This document shows, one piece after another, positions 26,401 to 40,600 of a stretch of 64,000 nucleotides of DNA. Position 1 is the stretch's first letter. Every line of letters starts with the position of its first letter. The stretch spans positions 21,948,001 to 22,012,000 of the forward strand of contig OX597830.1 in NCBI GenBank assembly GCA_951406725.2. Direction: 5' to 3'. The notes beneath the pieces were generated by a model. The model was given only the letters and a program-made list of their open reading frames with translations, ran no database searches and was not told the DNA's origin. The translations under genes were made by a program, and so were the position numbers. The DNA is from Octopus vulgaris (Eukaryota).

Positions 26401-29400
26401 TACCTTGCAGTAGGACTGAACCTTGTAGCCATGCGGTTCAGAAATTTGCTTCTCAACTACACATCCACGCTAGGAAAAGGGACGGGACTATTAGAGAAAG
26501 AGGACAGAGTTATTAAGAGAAGGGAGCAGGGCTCCTGGAAAAAGAGGACAAAAATATGTAAAGAATCCAATAATAAACTTCACCTTTTGGTCTTGACATC
26601 TTTATTATCTTTCTTCTGTTCAACCTTCTTATCCGTCTTTTGGTCTTTCTGGCTTTTAGCACCAGCATCAGCTTCAGTAGTGCTGACAGTGGTGGACGTT
26701 TTGCCATTTGCTTGCTCACTTTTCTTTTCATTTGTCGCTAAATCAGCATCCAGGTCATTGTGGATGTCATCAACGAGTACAATTAACGACTCGTTCTCTT
26801 CAGATTTTGCAGCTGTTTTCAGCAGCGAAGACTTGTTAATGACTTTCGAAGCGTTAGACGCTGCATCTGGCTCTGAAGTACTTTGGTTTAAGTTATTGTT
26901 ATTTTTGTTTTCTGGCTTTTCTGACACCTGATCTGAAGAAGAACCATTGCTGGCCTCTTTAGAACCAGCATCTTCAAGCTTGCTTTCCATCTGTCCTGCA
27001 GGGTCACTGGTCACTGAAGAAGAATTATTGGTGTCTACGGTTTGATCTTTACTCTCAGCCTTGATCCCTGACTCCACTTTGTCTCCAGTGTTCAACTCTT
27101 CCTAAACAATATACAAACAATTGTACGCATTAAGAGCACTACTCAACACATGCATGTAAAGAGATGGAGATTGGAGATGGAGTGTGGAGATGACGGTGTC
27201 TATAATTGTATCATTTTGTTTCCAATACTTGTTTCTTTGTCTCCTCTATAATCAATTCTGTAAATATCCTACTGGCTTTGTAATTTGTCCTTGCAATATG
27301 CCCTCGTCCATGGCCCTTGCAGTCAAGAAAAGGAAATATTATTGTTGCTGTTGTTGTTATTGAAGGCAGTGAGCTAACAGAATCTTCGGTGTGTCAAATA
27401 AAATACTATGCAAACATTTCTTCAGGCTCTTTATGTTCTAACTTACTACTTGTACTTGTGGCGACATTCACCCTGGGCGGGTTGAGTCGGCTTCTTCTAC
27501 CGAGTAGTGTCAGAGCTATGCCGTCGGGAACTTCGGTTCTTGGTAGGGCCACCTAAGGAGGATTGGTCTGACACCGAGTGGTACTAGGATCACAACCCGG
27601 CAGACGGGGCTCTGGTGAAAATCCTCGGAGTGTCTGTTTTGGCAACCGGCAGCTCCTCGGTCGTTCTGTCCCTGCGACTGCGGACAATCTGCAGCAAACA
27701 GGATGTCTCTACATATTCCCACGAAACTTCTTCTTTATGTTCTAAGTTTAAATGCCACTGAGATCAACTTTGCTTCTCGTTCCATCAGGGCCAATAAGAT
27801 AAATACGAGTTAAGCACTAGTAATCAACTAGTTCTCTACTCCCAAAATTTGATACTTTGTACCTATAGCACAAAGAATTATTATGAGTGTTAAAACAGAA
27901 TCATTAAAGTATCAGAGTAAACAAAAAAATGCCTTGTAGTATTTGCTCTGGTTTTTCGCCTTCTGAGTTCAAATCTGAGCAAGGTAAACATTGCATTTGC
28001 CAAGGTCAGCTTTGCCTTTCATCCTTTCAGGGGTCAAAAAAAATAAGTATCAACTGAGCACTGGGGTCGTGTCAATATAATCAACTAAACCCCTTGCTCG
28101 AATTTGCTGGCCTTGCACCAAAATTTGAAACTATTATTATTATTATTATTATTATTAAGGCATAGATCTGGTAGAATCGTTACTGTGCTGGGCAAAATGC
28201 TTAGAAGTATTTCATCCATCTCTAGGTCCTGAGTTCAAATTCCACCAAGGTCAACTTTGCCTTTCATCCTTTTGAGGTCGATAAAATAAGCACCAGTTGA
28301 GTACTAGGGTCAATGTAATCAACTTATCCCCTCCCCTGAAATTACTGGCCTTGTGTCAAAATTTGAAACCATCATCATCATCACAACAATAATAATGTTA
28401 CTATCATATTAGCAATATTATTATTATTATATTGATAATTTTTACTTGTCACAAGGCTGCAAATTTAGAGGAAAAAACAGTCATTCAAATCAACCCAATG
28501 CTTTACTGATATTTATTTAATCAACTAAAAAACCTTTTTTTTAATTCTGGCTGGATTTGAACTCTGATGGTAAAAGAGGATAACTAAATACTGCAAGACA
28601 TTTATTCCACCACTACTACCACCACCAAAAACAACAATAACAACAACACTAATCTAAGGCAATGTAAGAATCTAATGGCTGTGAAATTAGAGTAGGTTGA
28701 CTGCAGGTAACAGTCATCTCCTGATTTCTAGTTCTACTACTACTTCTACCACCACCACCTCCTCCTCTTCAAATATACTGATGCCTTGAACCAACAAGGA
28801 AGTCTCTATGTGGTCAATCAACCAATTAGAAGTGGTATCCAAATCTTCCTCCAATCTAAAATAAGGAAAGGACACGAAGAACAGACACTTCTGGATACTC
28901 CCAAAAAGACAAGGATGGCCATGGATGGAATGTCACTGGTCGCAAGTCTGCTTAATCAAGTTTGATCTAGAGCTAAATAGCAAAAAAAAAAAAAACCTCA
29001 CACATGTCACAAGTGAGCAGAAAAGACATCCAGCTGTCAGAAAAAACAATTTGTCAATCCACCAATGTTATAACAAGTGGCAAGTAAATTACTGAATCAG
29101 AAAAAATGCAGGATAAAAACAGAAAAATTTTCAAATTATCTACACTGACCTTCTTTTCAGCCACGTTTACAGATTCCTCTAGAAAAAAAAAAAGAAAGAA
29201 AAATGCTTTAGAAATATGATACAAAAAAATTTAACAGTTTTGTTGTTTGCTGAAATTTACTCCCTTCATTTTCGAAAATAACAAAGGATTTTTTAGTAAA
29301 ATAACTTTGTTGTTAATTCATTATTAAGCTGGAACATAAGCAGTCATGAAGTTTTTATTTAACCTTTTAGCATTCAGGCCATTCGGTCAAATGCAACACT

Positions 29401-31230
29401 TACTTATTCATTCACATTATTTTGAATTAATCAAGCGTTATCTCAAAGCTTCAAGAAGATTATGATGATGTGATTGTTTATTTCTAGAATGACATTGTAG
29501 AGCAGGTGCGAGAAGCCAAATTTGGCCAGTTTGAACACAAAACAAGTAGAAAATTGGGGCTGGATATGGTCAGTTTAAATGCCATAGCAGGGAACCAGAG
29601 GCAGTCTCAGGCAGTTTGGTTCCAAAACCCAGATGACGCAGGCTTGATTACATGAGAATTTACTTTCAAAAGTAAATTAACAACACATCATCATCATCAT
29701 CCAGTGTTTTAAATCCAAGTTTTCTCCCTGTTAACAGGGGTGGCCAGATCTACCTCAATGCCATAGCAACCAAGGTAGGCAGGTGCAGCCCACCCCAACC
29801 TTTAGGTTGGCTGGTGCCCATTCTCCTTTGCTATCATGAGGCTTTTTTTGGAGCTGGATTTTCTACGGGGAGCATTGTCTTACTTACCCACAACCTCAGT
29901 TTCTAGACATGAGTGGTCCTGAGACCAAGGCCTCTACCACAATTTTTAAGAAATGTGGTGGAAAACTAGCTCAGGAAGGCAAGGATAATAACACCAAAAA
30001 TATATTATCATAAAAGAGATTCTTACGTCCTTTTGTTTTCTTGTCATCTGAATTGGCAGGACTGAAAAATAAAAATTTTACTCCATGACATCACCATTCA
30101 TTAATATTATTATTATCATAATCTTCATAACAACAATCATGCAGGGGCACCACCTTGAAGGGTTTTAGCTCATCAAATCGACCCCCAATGCTTATTCTAT
30201 CAATTTCTTTTGTGACTGCTAAATCATAGAGACATAGGTATGGCTGTGTGGTAAGAAGCTTGCTTCCCAACCACATGGTCCTGGGTTCAGTCATACTTGA
30301 GCAAGTGTCTTCTATTACAGCCTTGGGCTGACCACAGCCTTGTGAGTGAATTTGGTAGACAGAAACTGAAGAAGCCAGTTGTATATACATATATATGTGT
30401 GTGTGTGTGTGTTTGTCTTTCACCATGGCTTGACAACTGGTGGTGTTGTGCTTACAGCCCTGTAATTTAGCAGCTCAGCAAAATACACTGGGAGGGTACC
30501 AGGTTTAAAAAAATGAAAATACTAGGAGGTCGATTCATTTGACTAAAAAGTCTTCAAGGTGGTGCTCCAGCATGGCCACAGTCTAATGACTGAAACAAAT
30601 ACAAGATAAAAGATAAACCAAAAGCAGTTGTCAAGCAGAGATGAGGGACAAACACACACATACATACATATATAACAGACGACAGAGATAGAAAATGGAA
30701 TACACAAGAAATTTTATTGTTCACAATGATCACTTCAACACATTCTGCATCGATAACCTCGCAGGTAGGAAACTATACAACTAGTGGTGGTGCATCCCTC
30801 AGTGTAGAAGTGTCTCATCAGGAGACGTAATCCAATAAAAACTGTGCAATTATCATGGATGACACCAGGTAGTCATAGGGAGAGAATATGCTTTATTGGC
30901 ATACTACTAGGAACAAACCCAACACTTAAATATTAACTTACATATTAACTTACATATTAACTTATACTTAAATATTAACTTATACACCTACACACAGTTT
31001 CTGGCTTTAAGGGTATTGTGAAAAGCCTAGTTGGAGGCCCAACCTTCTGATTTCGTTTACAGGGCCCAGAAAAACTAAAGGACCACTGCAATAAGTGTTT
31101 GAATCTGAGAGAGGAATATGTTGAATAAAATCATAATTAACTGATCCTCCTGTATTTTCTTTTGTTTAAAGCCAGAATCTTTTCAGCACCCTTTCGTGTG
31201 TATGTATGTATGTATGTGTATGTATGTATG

Positions 31231-31273
<43 letters not shown>

Positions 31274-31442
31274 TATGAAGTACCATGGAAACCAAACCAA
31301 TTCTGATCGTGAGGAAATTTTACTTTGCTTTGAAACAAGTGGGGATTGGTGAAAGGAAAGGCATCTAACTGTAGAAAATCTGCCCTAACAAATTCTCTCC
31401 AATCAGTTTGAACAAGGAAAAAATGGACATTAAAACAATGAT

Positions 31443-31476
<34 letters not shown>

Positions 31477-34400
31477 GTCATCCCATAAATAATGTGGTTT
31501 TTTCAAATGCATGAACTAAAACTCTGATGGACACGGGATAAACTACCTGCATCAACTCGCTATGAAAGCAGTTGTACTTATTGTTAGTGCAAGTTTTAAA
31601 AAGGCAGATCGATTTTGACAGTTATTTTTTCAAAGCTATAATGGAAATGACAAAGGAGCATATTTGGCATATTTTGTTTTATGAGTTCAACAAAGGCAAC
31701 AACACAACAGAAAGTGTGAGGAATATTAATGCAGTATATGGGGATCAGATAATAAGTGCAAACCAGTGTCAATGGTGGTTCCAGAAATTCTGAGCCTGAA
31801 ACTACAACCTACAAGACGAACATCGTCCTGGAAAATCTGCAGAGCTCAATGAGGATGTCCTGTAACCCCTGGTGGAACAAAATCCCATTGTAACTACTGA
31901 GGAACTAGCAGAGAAGCTTGGATTTGGTCATTCAACCATTGACTGACACCTGTGTGCCATCGGAAAACTCAACAAATTGGATCAATGGGTTCCTCACAAA
32001 CTTTCCAAGTCTAATCTTGTGCAGAGAGTGAATGTGTGTTCTCCTTTGCTGTTATGTCTCACGAATGAACATTTTCTTGGACCGAATAGTGACTGGTGAT
32101 GAGAAATGAGTTCTCTATAAAAATGTCAAGTGCCAAAGACAGTGGGTAGGAAAAGGAGAAACACCAGCACCCCAAGCTAAAGAAGGTCTTCACCCATATA
32201 AGGTGTTGTTGGATATGAAAGGTTTAGTCTATTTTGAACTTTTAAACTTAAACCAAAAGATAACAAAGGAGATCTACAGCAAGCAGCTTGAGTAGCTAAA
32301 GTCAGCACTAGAAGAAAAACGACCATCTTTGGTTTCAAGATGAAAGATGCCCTTCCTTCAGGATAGTGCTCAGCCACATACAGCAAGGATAGGATTCCAG
32401 AGGCTGGAGCAGTTTGAATAGGAAATGATACCCCACCCACCATATTCATTGGACATTGCCCCATCTGATTATCATTTATTCTACACTCTTCAAAATCATT
32501 TGAACAGAAAAAACATGAATTTTGTAGTTGAGGTCAGAACAGTACTGGAGGAGTATTTTCCATTACGGGCAAGTGAATTCTGGAAGAGGGGCCTTGCAAG
32601 TCTACCAGATAGATGGAAGAGCATTGTAGAAAATGGAGGAGAGTATATTTTGGATAAAAAAAGAACTTTGTTTATATTGATTTTTAAAAATAAAAGAAGT
32701 ATAAACAAACTGTATTATTTATGGGATGACCCAATATATATATATACATAACCAAAATGTGTTTGAACTGCTAGCAACTCACCACCAGCATATAACTTGA
32801 AGCGAAAAGAAAATGTAAATCTGGTAACTTTTGAAGCATGTTGTGGTGACAGAACTGTTTAACCACTTCTAATTAAAATCCTGACATAATCTTAATCCTT
32901 ACATAGCTTTCATACCTACATTCCTACAATAAACTACTTTGGTTTTGAAGCAGAACAATGCCAATTGTCATTGAACCATAGGAACCAAATACATGTTACT
33001 GGAATATATTTATTCTGGATTAATTGAACCATATGAACTAAATACATGTTATTAGAATACCTTATCAATTCTAGATTCTATTAAAAACTGAGAGATTAAG
33101 TAAATTCCGTAAGATATTTAACCTGTTGTCATTTTCAGGACTTTTGTCAACTCAGCATAATCTTTTTTACTATAGGCACAAGGCTTGAAATTCTGGGGGA
33201 GGGGGCTAGTCGATAACCTGAACTCAGGTGCTTGACTGGTTTATATTTTATCAACCCTGAAAGGATGAGAGACAAAATCAACATCTACAACAATTGAATT
33301 CAGAATGTAAAGAGGGAAGAAATGCCACTAAGATTCTGTCAGCTCACTTCTTCGTCATCATCATCACCACCACCACCACGTTCGGATGGTGATTTTTACG
33401 TGCCACCAGCACAGGTATCACAACTACAATCTCCATTTGATTTTGATTTTTGATGTTGATGTACTTGACTCAATAGGTCTCCTCAAGCACAGCAGGTCGC
33501 CCTACAATCCAAGGTAAGCACAGCTTGGAATGTTTTTTTCTATTCACATTGTTTTGAATTATTCATACATTATCTCAAAGCATTGAGATTTTTATCATTT
33601 AACTGAGGACTGGCGAACCAGCTGGCTGATCTGGCAGAGTTTTTACAGCTGGATGCCCTTCCTAACACTAACCACTCCGAGAGTGTAGTGGGTGCCTTAC
33701 GTGCCACCGGCACAAGGGCCAGTCTGGCAATGGCTACACTCAAATGGTGTTCTTTATGTGCCACCCGCACAGGAGTCAATACAACAGGCTTCTTTGAGTT
33801 TCTGTCTACCCAATCCACTCACAATGCTTTGGTCAGCCCGAGGCTACAGTAGAAGACACTTGGCCAAGGTGGCAAGTAGTGGGACTGAACCCAGAACCAT
33901 GTGGTTGGGAAATAAGCTTCTTACCACACAGCCACAACCCACAAATCATGAAAGGCAAAACAGGATTCGAATGGAGAACACACAGAACTGGAACAGATAC
34001 TACAAGACAATTAAAGCAGGTACTCTACAAAAAGAACAAGAACAAGGAAGAGAAGGAAAAAAGAACAAGAGGAGGAGGGAAAAGAAAAAAGAGAACAAAA
34101 AAGAAGCAAAGTCCATCCTCTCCTCACCGTGGTGGGGACGCTGGCAACGAGTAGTGTCAGAGCTATGCCGTAAGGAACTTTGGTTCCTGGTAGGGCCACC
34201 CAAGGCGGATTGGTCTGACACCGAGTGGTATTAGGGCCACAACCCGGCAGACAGGGCTCTGGTGAAAATCCTCGGAGTGTCTGCTTTGGCAACCGGCGGC
34301 TCCTCGGTCGTTCTGTCCCTGCGTCTGCAGACAATCTGCGGCAAACAGGATGTCTCTACATGTGGGATTGTTGGGGACCGCTTATGAAATCCACATATTC

Positions 34401-34564
34401 CCACAAAACTTCCTCCAACTTCTACGAGATACCTCGAGGGTGGTAGAAGAAGCCGACTCAACCCGCCCAGGATGAATGTCGCCACAAGTAAGGAGGAGGA
34501 AGATATATTGAAATAGTGAGTAAGGGAACATGGGTAGTTGCAGTAACCAACCACAAAACCCAAC

Positions 34565-34601
<37 letters not shown>

Positions 34602-37600
34602 CAATACCTTTTGGTCTTTCCTTCTTTACTGTCTCTCTTCTGCTCAGTTTTCTGGATTTTAGCAGGGGTGGCACCTTCAGTGGTATTCGTAGTGATGCCC
34701 TTTTTGCCACCGGCCAGCTGTTTAATTTTCTTTCCGCTTGCAGTTAAATCAGCATCCAGGTCGTTAGGGATATCATCATCAAGTACAATTATTGACTCGT
34801 TCTCTTCTGATTTCACTGCTGTTATTCAAGAATGGAAAGCCCTGGTTAATAATTTTCAATGCAATGGTAGGTAATAGTGTGTGTTGGTGGCGGTGGCAGG
34901 GTGTTTGTGATGAATAGTAGTGTATTGGTTGTAGTAATGCAGGTGGTAGAATACTGGTGGATGGTAGTGTGTAGGTGATAGTTGTATATTGGCAGTAGTG
35001 GAGTGGTGGTGGTGGTAGTAATAGTAGAGTAGTTGTGGGTGGTCCTGTACAGGTAAAAATAGTGGTGGTGGTGGTAGCGTGTTGGTGGTAGTAAAGTGTT
35101 AGTTGGTATTAGTTTATTTGTGGTTGAATTGTGTTAGTAGAAGTAGAAGGTTGGTGGTGAATGATAGTGTATTGGTTGTAGTAGTGGCTGTGGTAGTATG
35201 ATGAGAATGCAAGTGTGGTGGTGGTGATGTATTATTGCATAGTAGTGGTAGAAGTGTGTTGATGGTAGTGTGAAACAAGTGGTAATAATGTGTTGGTAGT
35301 GGTACAAAATAAGCAGCTGTAGCGAAAGAGATGGGAGATCAGATAAGAACAGGAGAAAGAAAGAGAGAGGGGGTAAGTAGCCCCAACACACACAACCTGT
35401 ATGTAGTTACTCAACCTGCTAGAAATAGCAGCCATTTCTCGATCAAATCATACTCTACCATCTTGAAAAAAAAAAGAGGACACATTGAATAATGCAGACC
35501 AAAATATTCTTAAAAGGACAACATGATACTGGGTGGAATACTTTTGATTACAGGGAAGCTCAATCAAGACTAATTAACAGTAACTAGTTAGCAACTGTGG
35601 TTTACAATTTCAACACAAGGCCTACAGTTTTGAAGGGTCTAGGGTAACATGATACCACTGATCCTAGAACATAACTGCAACTTTATTTTATCAACCCCAG
35701 GAAGGCGGAGAGTAAAGATGACCCCAGCAGAATTTGAACTTGGAACACTAAGTCTGCCTCATCATCAACATTTAATATCCACTTTTCCATGCTTGCATGA
35801 GTCAGAGAGGAACTTTTTAAGGCAGATTTTCTATGCTAGATGCCCTTCCTTTTCACTAGCCCTCACCTGTTTCCAAGCAAGACAATACTTCCCCATGGCT
35901 AGACATGTTCTCACAGAATACTGGAAATGAATGCAACTGCTCGAATGGAAAATGACATTCATTTACAACTTTCACATGATGTCAATACAAGGAGAGTCAA
36001 GCATCCACACACTTACACACGCATATATACATACATGTGTATATGTGTTAAGTGATGAAATAGAAGAGGTGAGCAGTTATGCATATCTTGGTCAAGAAGT
36101 GACTATGAGGCATGAGATGGAGAATGAGATCTCGCGAAGGGTAAGAGCAGGATGGAGAGCATTCAACTCAATGAAGGATGTGCTGAAGGCAAACCTAGAC
36201 AAGGCAAGTTGCGCCAACCTCTTCAACAGTACAGTCTTGCCTGCAATGCTATGTGCATGAGAGACTTGGGCCTTGACTAAGAGAGAACAACAACATCTGC
36301 TTATGGCGCAGAGAGCCATGGAAAGGTCAATGCTGGGAATTTCGCTAAGAGATCACATCCAGAATGAAATCAAAGGCAGAACTGGAATGAAGGACATCAT
36401 CGCAGAATACCACCATGCAAAGAAGCTATGACAGACTGGTCATGTCGCAGGTTCACAGATAATCAGTGTACCTGTGCCGTTGTCAAGTGGTACCTGCGCG
36501 AGCAGAAGAGACCACTCGGAAGACTGCCAATCAGGTGGAAAGATGTTTGGAGCAACATGGAGGAGAATGGCAAGAGCACAAGGGGAACGTAGCAAATGCT
36601 GTGGCCAGCAGATCCAACTCAGCGACAACAGCCTGGCTGATCCAGGTGATGTTTGTGTGTGTGTGTGCATATTTTTTTATATATTACTCAGTATCAACAT
36701 ACTAATTGGTGGACAAACCTAGGATTTATAAATTGGACTGGTGACAGCTTGTTAGGTTTGGATTACTTGGATTCCATCTAACAAAGGATAAATTCGGTAG
36801 CCTCAGGTATCTACCTGTACTGAGAGCTTATTAAGTTTTTTGCCTGGATTATCAATTCCTCTATGTATATATATATATACACACACAAAAGGTTTCTTTC
36901 AGTTTCCATCAACCAAATCCACTCACAAGACTTTGGTTAGGTTGGGACTTATAGTAGAAGACACATGCCCAAGTTGTCACAAGGCATTTTGGTCGATGCC
37001 AAACAATTCTGCCAGCGCATCAGCTTATAGTAAACAATAATTGTAACAATACATCCGAGATACAAACATTTGATCTTTTGCACTGGTTATCCCGACCAGT
37101 ACCTCATCAAGCTCTGGCCAACACCCCACCAAACTCTGGCCAAGACTCCACCAAGATTTCAACCAAACTGTAACAATTAAAAACCAACAAACCTAAGGAT
37201 TCAGCAGTGCCATCTTTCTTTGGTAGCTGTACAACGAAAGAGAAAGTAGAGGTCAGTTAAGAGGTGGAGAGTAAAATGTTCAGATCATTGGAACAATATA
37301 AGACAGCGGATAAAATGAAGTCTTTGTCTTCACAGATGTGCAGAGAAGTGTATGAATAGGATGAAGTCTTTAACAGGAATTTTTTTTTTTGGGGGGGGGG
37401 GTTTATACACACCTTGCAACATGTATGTATATAGTCTGTTTATAGAAACATCAAAACTGAGGTGTTTTTGTAAGTTTAATAGTTTGAACAAGAATAATGT
37501 CATTAAGTAAACAAAAGAGCCCTGTGAGATCATTCGATCTGCTAGAAATAGCAGCCAAATACCTTTCTAATTACACTCTAGAAACTTAGAAAATGTAGTC

Positions 37601-40600
37601 CTAGATAGGCAGTGCTTAATATGGTTACGGCTGGAACACCTTCAACCAAAGGTTTACTTAGTGTTAAACTGGAGTTGAATTACAAAATCAAAGTAAAGAT
37701 CTGCAAGCCATGAAAAGGAGGAGACTCAAGAGTAAACATGTCATCATCTGCTTACAGTTAATGAAATGCTCGTTAGTTATACGTATCACTTGTTAGACTG
37801 GATCCAATCCATTGAGAGTTAACTGTTTTTGCCAGACAGCAAAACACCAGTGTTGGAATACAAACCAACCGACTCTTTGACCAGAAAGGCCGGAACCCTA
37901 TCAATACAAACTGCTTACACTCAGACAATATACTAGACCTGTCACCTAGTTTAACGCCATCAACACCTGGTATTTGTGCACTTTTAACTCTTTTGTTACC
38001 TTATTTCAGTTGAAATACACAGCCTTTCTTTCAATTAATTTTGAAAACAAGAATTTAATAAAATAACTATCATTATAAAGTGTGTGTTTGGAACATGAAA
38101 CTTAGGTGGGAGGCTTAAACTTAGATCCCTTTAATCTTTTTGCTGCCATATCTCTGTTGAAAAACAGTAATTCCTCGCCATACCACAGTGCACCTGTCAT
38201 GGTTCACCTATTGCCGTTTATTATTTCAGCTTACACCAATTCCTCTGTGATGTTGTTTTGCATTTATAATAAAATAAATATATACAAATTATAATGTACA
38301 GTACAGTTTCTACTTCATGGATTTTCACCTATCGCGAAGGATTTTGGAACTTAACACCCATGATAGTTGAGAGATTACTGTACGCTGCCTTTGTTTCAAT
38401 TTTGAAAATAATGAAGAATTTATTAAAATGACGTTATTTAAATGGTATTTAAAATATAACGAGATTGTTGGATAATATCAACTCAGCTGGCCATGCTTGG
38501 GAATCCAGCCAGAAAGTGTAAAAACGGTTGCTTTTGATAGGACCCAAAGGAGGAGTTGCTCAAGGACTCTATCCTCACAACCCTCCCAAGAATAGTGGGA
38601 GAAGAAGATGATGGGTGGATGAAATTTTGATGGAAGGTTTCACAGAATCCAAGGGCAGTTTCAGGCAGGTAGGTATCAAAATGTTAAAAAAAAAAGGAAG
38701 TTTATTTCATAGAACCAGAAGTAGTCTCAAGAGGATTGGTATCAAAAGGATGTTAACCAGGGTCTATGTATTTACTACCATTTGGTACTGGCTCTCAATT
38801 CTTTTCATGCCCATACTTTTCATACTGTTAGCATTCAAACTGGACATCAACTGCTCCAATCTAATAAGATCATGAATACTTCTCCTCCTCTACTGATTAA
38901 ATTATAATCTAACCCTTTAGCATTCAGATCATTCAGTCAAATGTAGTGCCTTTTCATTCATATTGTTTTCAATTAATCATGCATTATATATAGCTTCGAA
39001 ATTTTGATACTGTGGTTGTATATTTTATAATGGCACTGAAGAGTAAGTACAATAGGCTGGGTAGAGCATAGCACAGGTAGCATATTTGGGCCAGATATGG
39101 ACAGTGTAAATGCTCGGGGATTAAATAAAAAAAAGAATGACAAGAGATTGGTGTATAATACTTGGAGAATGTTGAATAACCTCTTTTAGGATTGACTATA
39201 GACACTTATAAAGACATAAAAGGTGGTAGATAAGGCATGGCCTAAAGTAGATTCATATTTATGTATTTTTCTTTTTGAGTTTTTTACTTAAACGTATTCA
39301 AAATGAAAGATTAGATGATTTCCTTAACCTAGTTTCTCCTTTTTTTAACAAATGCTGGCATGAAGCTTGCTTTGCAGTAACATGGTTTCAGGTTCAATCC
39401 CACTACACAGCATCTTGGACAAGTTGTTTTCTACTGTGTCCCTGGGCGAAACAGTGCCTTATGAATGAATTTAGTAGATAGAAACAGTGTGAAAGCCTGT
39501 TGTGCGCGTGTGTGTGTGTGTGTGTGTGTGTAAATGTGTCTTTATGTTTGTATTTGTCTTCTCACTGTCAGACAACCAGTGTTGGTTTATTTATGGCTGT
39601 GACTTAGCAGTTCAACAAAAAAGAGAACGATAAGTGTTGGGTAGATCTGTTCAACTAAACCCTTGAAGGCAGCATGGTCACAGCCCCATAAGTAAAACAA
39701 GTAAAAGATAACAAACAAACCCACTTCACATTCACTTAAACTTTGTCCAATCCAAACCAGACACAATTCTCTTTCATTGTACACTGCAAAGTAAGCAGAA
39801 GTGCATGGCTTCAGCATTTGATGGCATTTCAACAAGCGCTCAATTGCTTTGTATCTCTGTGCCACCATCACACACAGCATCATTAGTGAAGCTATACTCT
39901 CATCTGTCAAGTGTCAATTTGGCCCTGACAACTCTGGTTCTCAACCAATTAAAGCATTTCCACTTTGTCCAGCTTACATCAACTGGTAGCTGTTACATGC
40001 TACAATTTCCATTATTGTTGAGGGTGTTTGCCTGCTATTTTTTGTTCTAAGGTATCGACTTCAAAGGGAGTGATACATTAACATGTTAAGCACCACATCT
40101 ACCATCAGTGGTTCATCACAAAATTCACACAACCACCATATGCACCACCACTGATACATTTTCATGATTTTAAAAAATATTTTACTCTGTATCTTTGACA
40201 TGGTTTCAAGGATATTTAACCCATTCATTACCAACCCGGCTGAAACCAACTCTGGCTCTGAGTACAAATGTCTTGTTTTCATAAGTTTTGAATTAAAATC
40301 TTCCACCAAACCATAGTCACAATTTATGTTCCTAACACTAGCTGAATGATAACCAAGTAATTTTACTAAATTCTTTGTTATATTTAAAGCAATTGAAAGA
40401 AACACAGAGCATCTCAAAATAAATACAGTAACAAAAGGGTTAAATAACATGATGCTAAATATTAAAGTTTACTTGTGAAATATTATAAAAAAATTTTTTT
40501 AAATGACATTTCTTCATAGTTAAACAATATGCAGCATGATCAGAAATGTGTGGCATCACCAGTAAGTTCCAGTAACAGGCCATGGTGGTTAACATGTTAA

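Noticed and set aside
26212-26931. 239-aa plus-strand ORF
   Set aside because: Chimera of microsatellite, SINE and the antisense of exon 26584-27101.
30790-30830. Minus-strand CTGATGA in a short hairpin (possible hammerhead)
   Set aside because: No downstream GAAA or stem II partner visible.
33123-33150. Possible micro-exon DKSPENDN
   Set aside because: Weak acceptor (ctgag, no pyrimidine tract) and phases incompatible with neighbouring exons; 30027-30061 fits instead.
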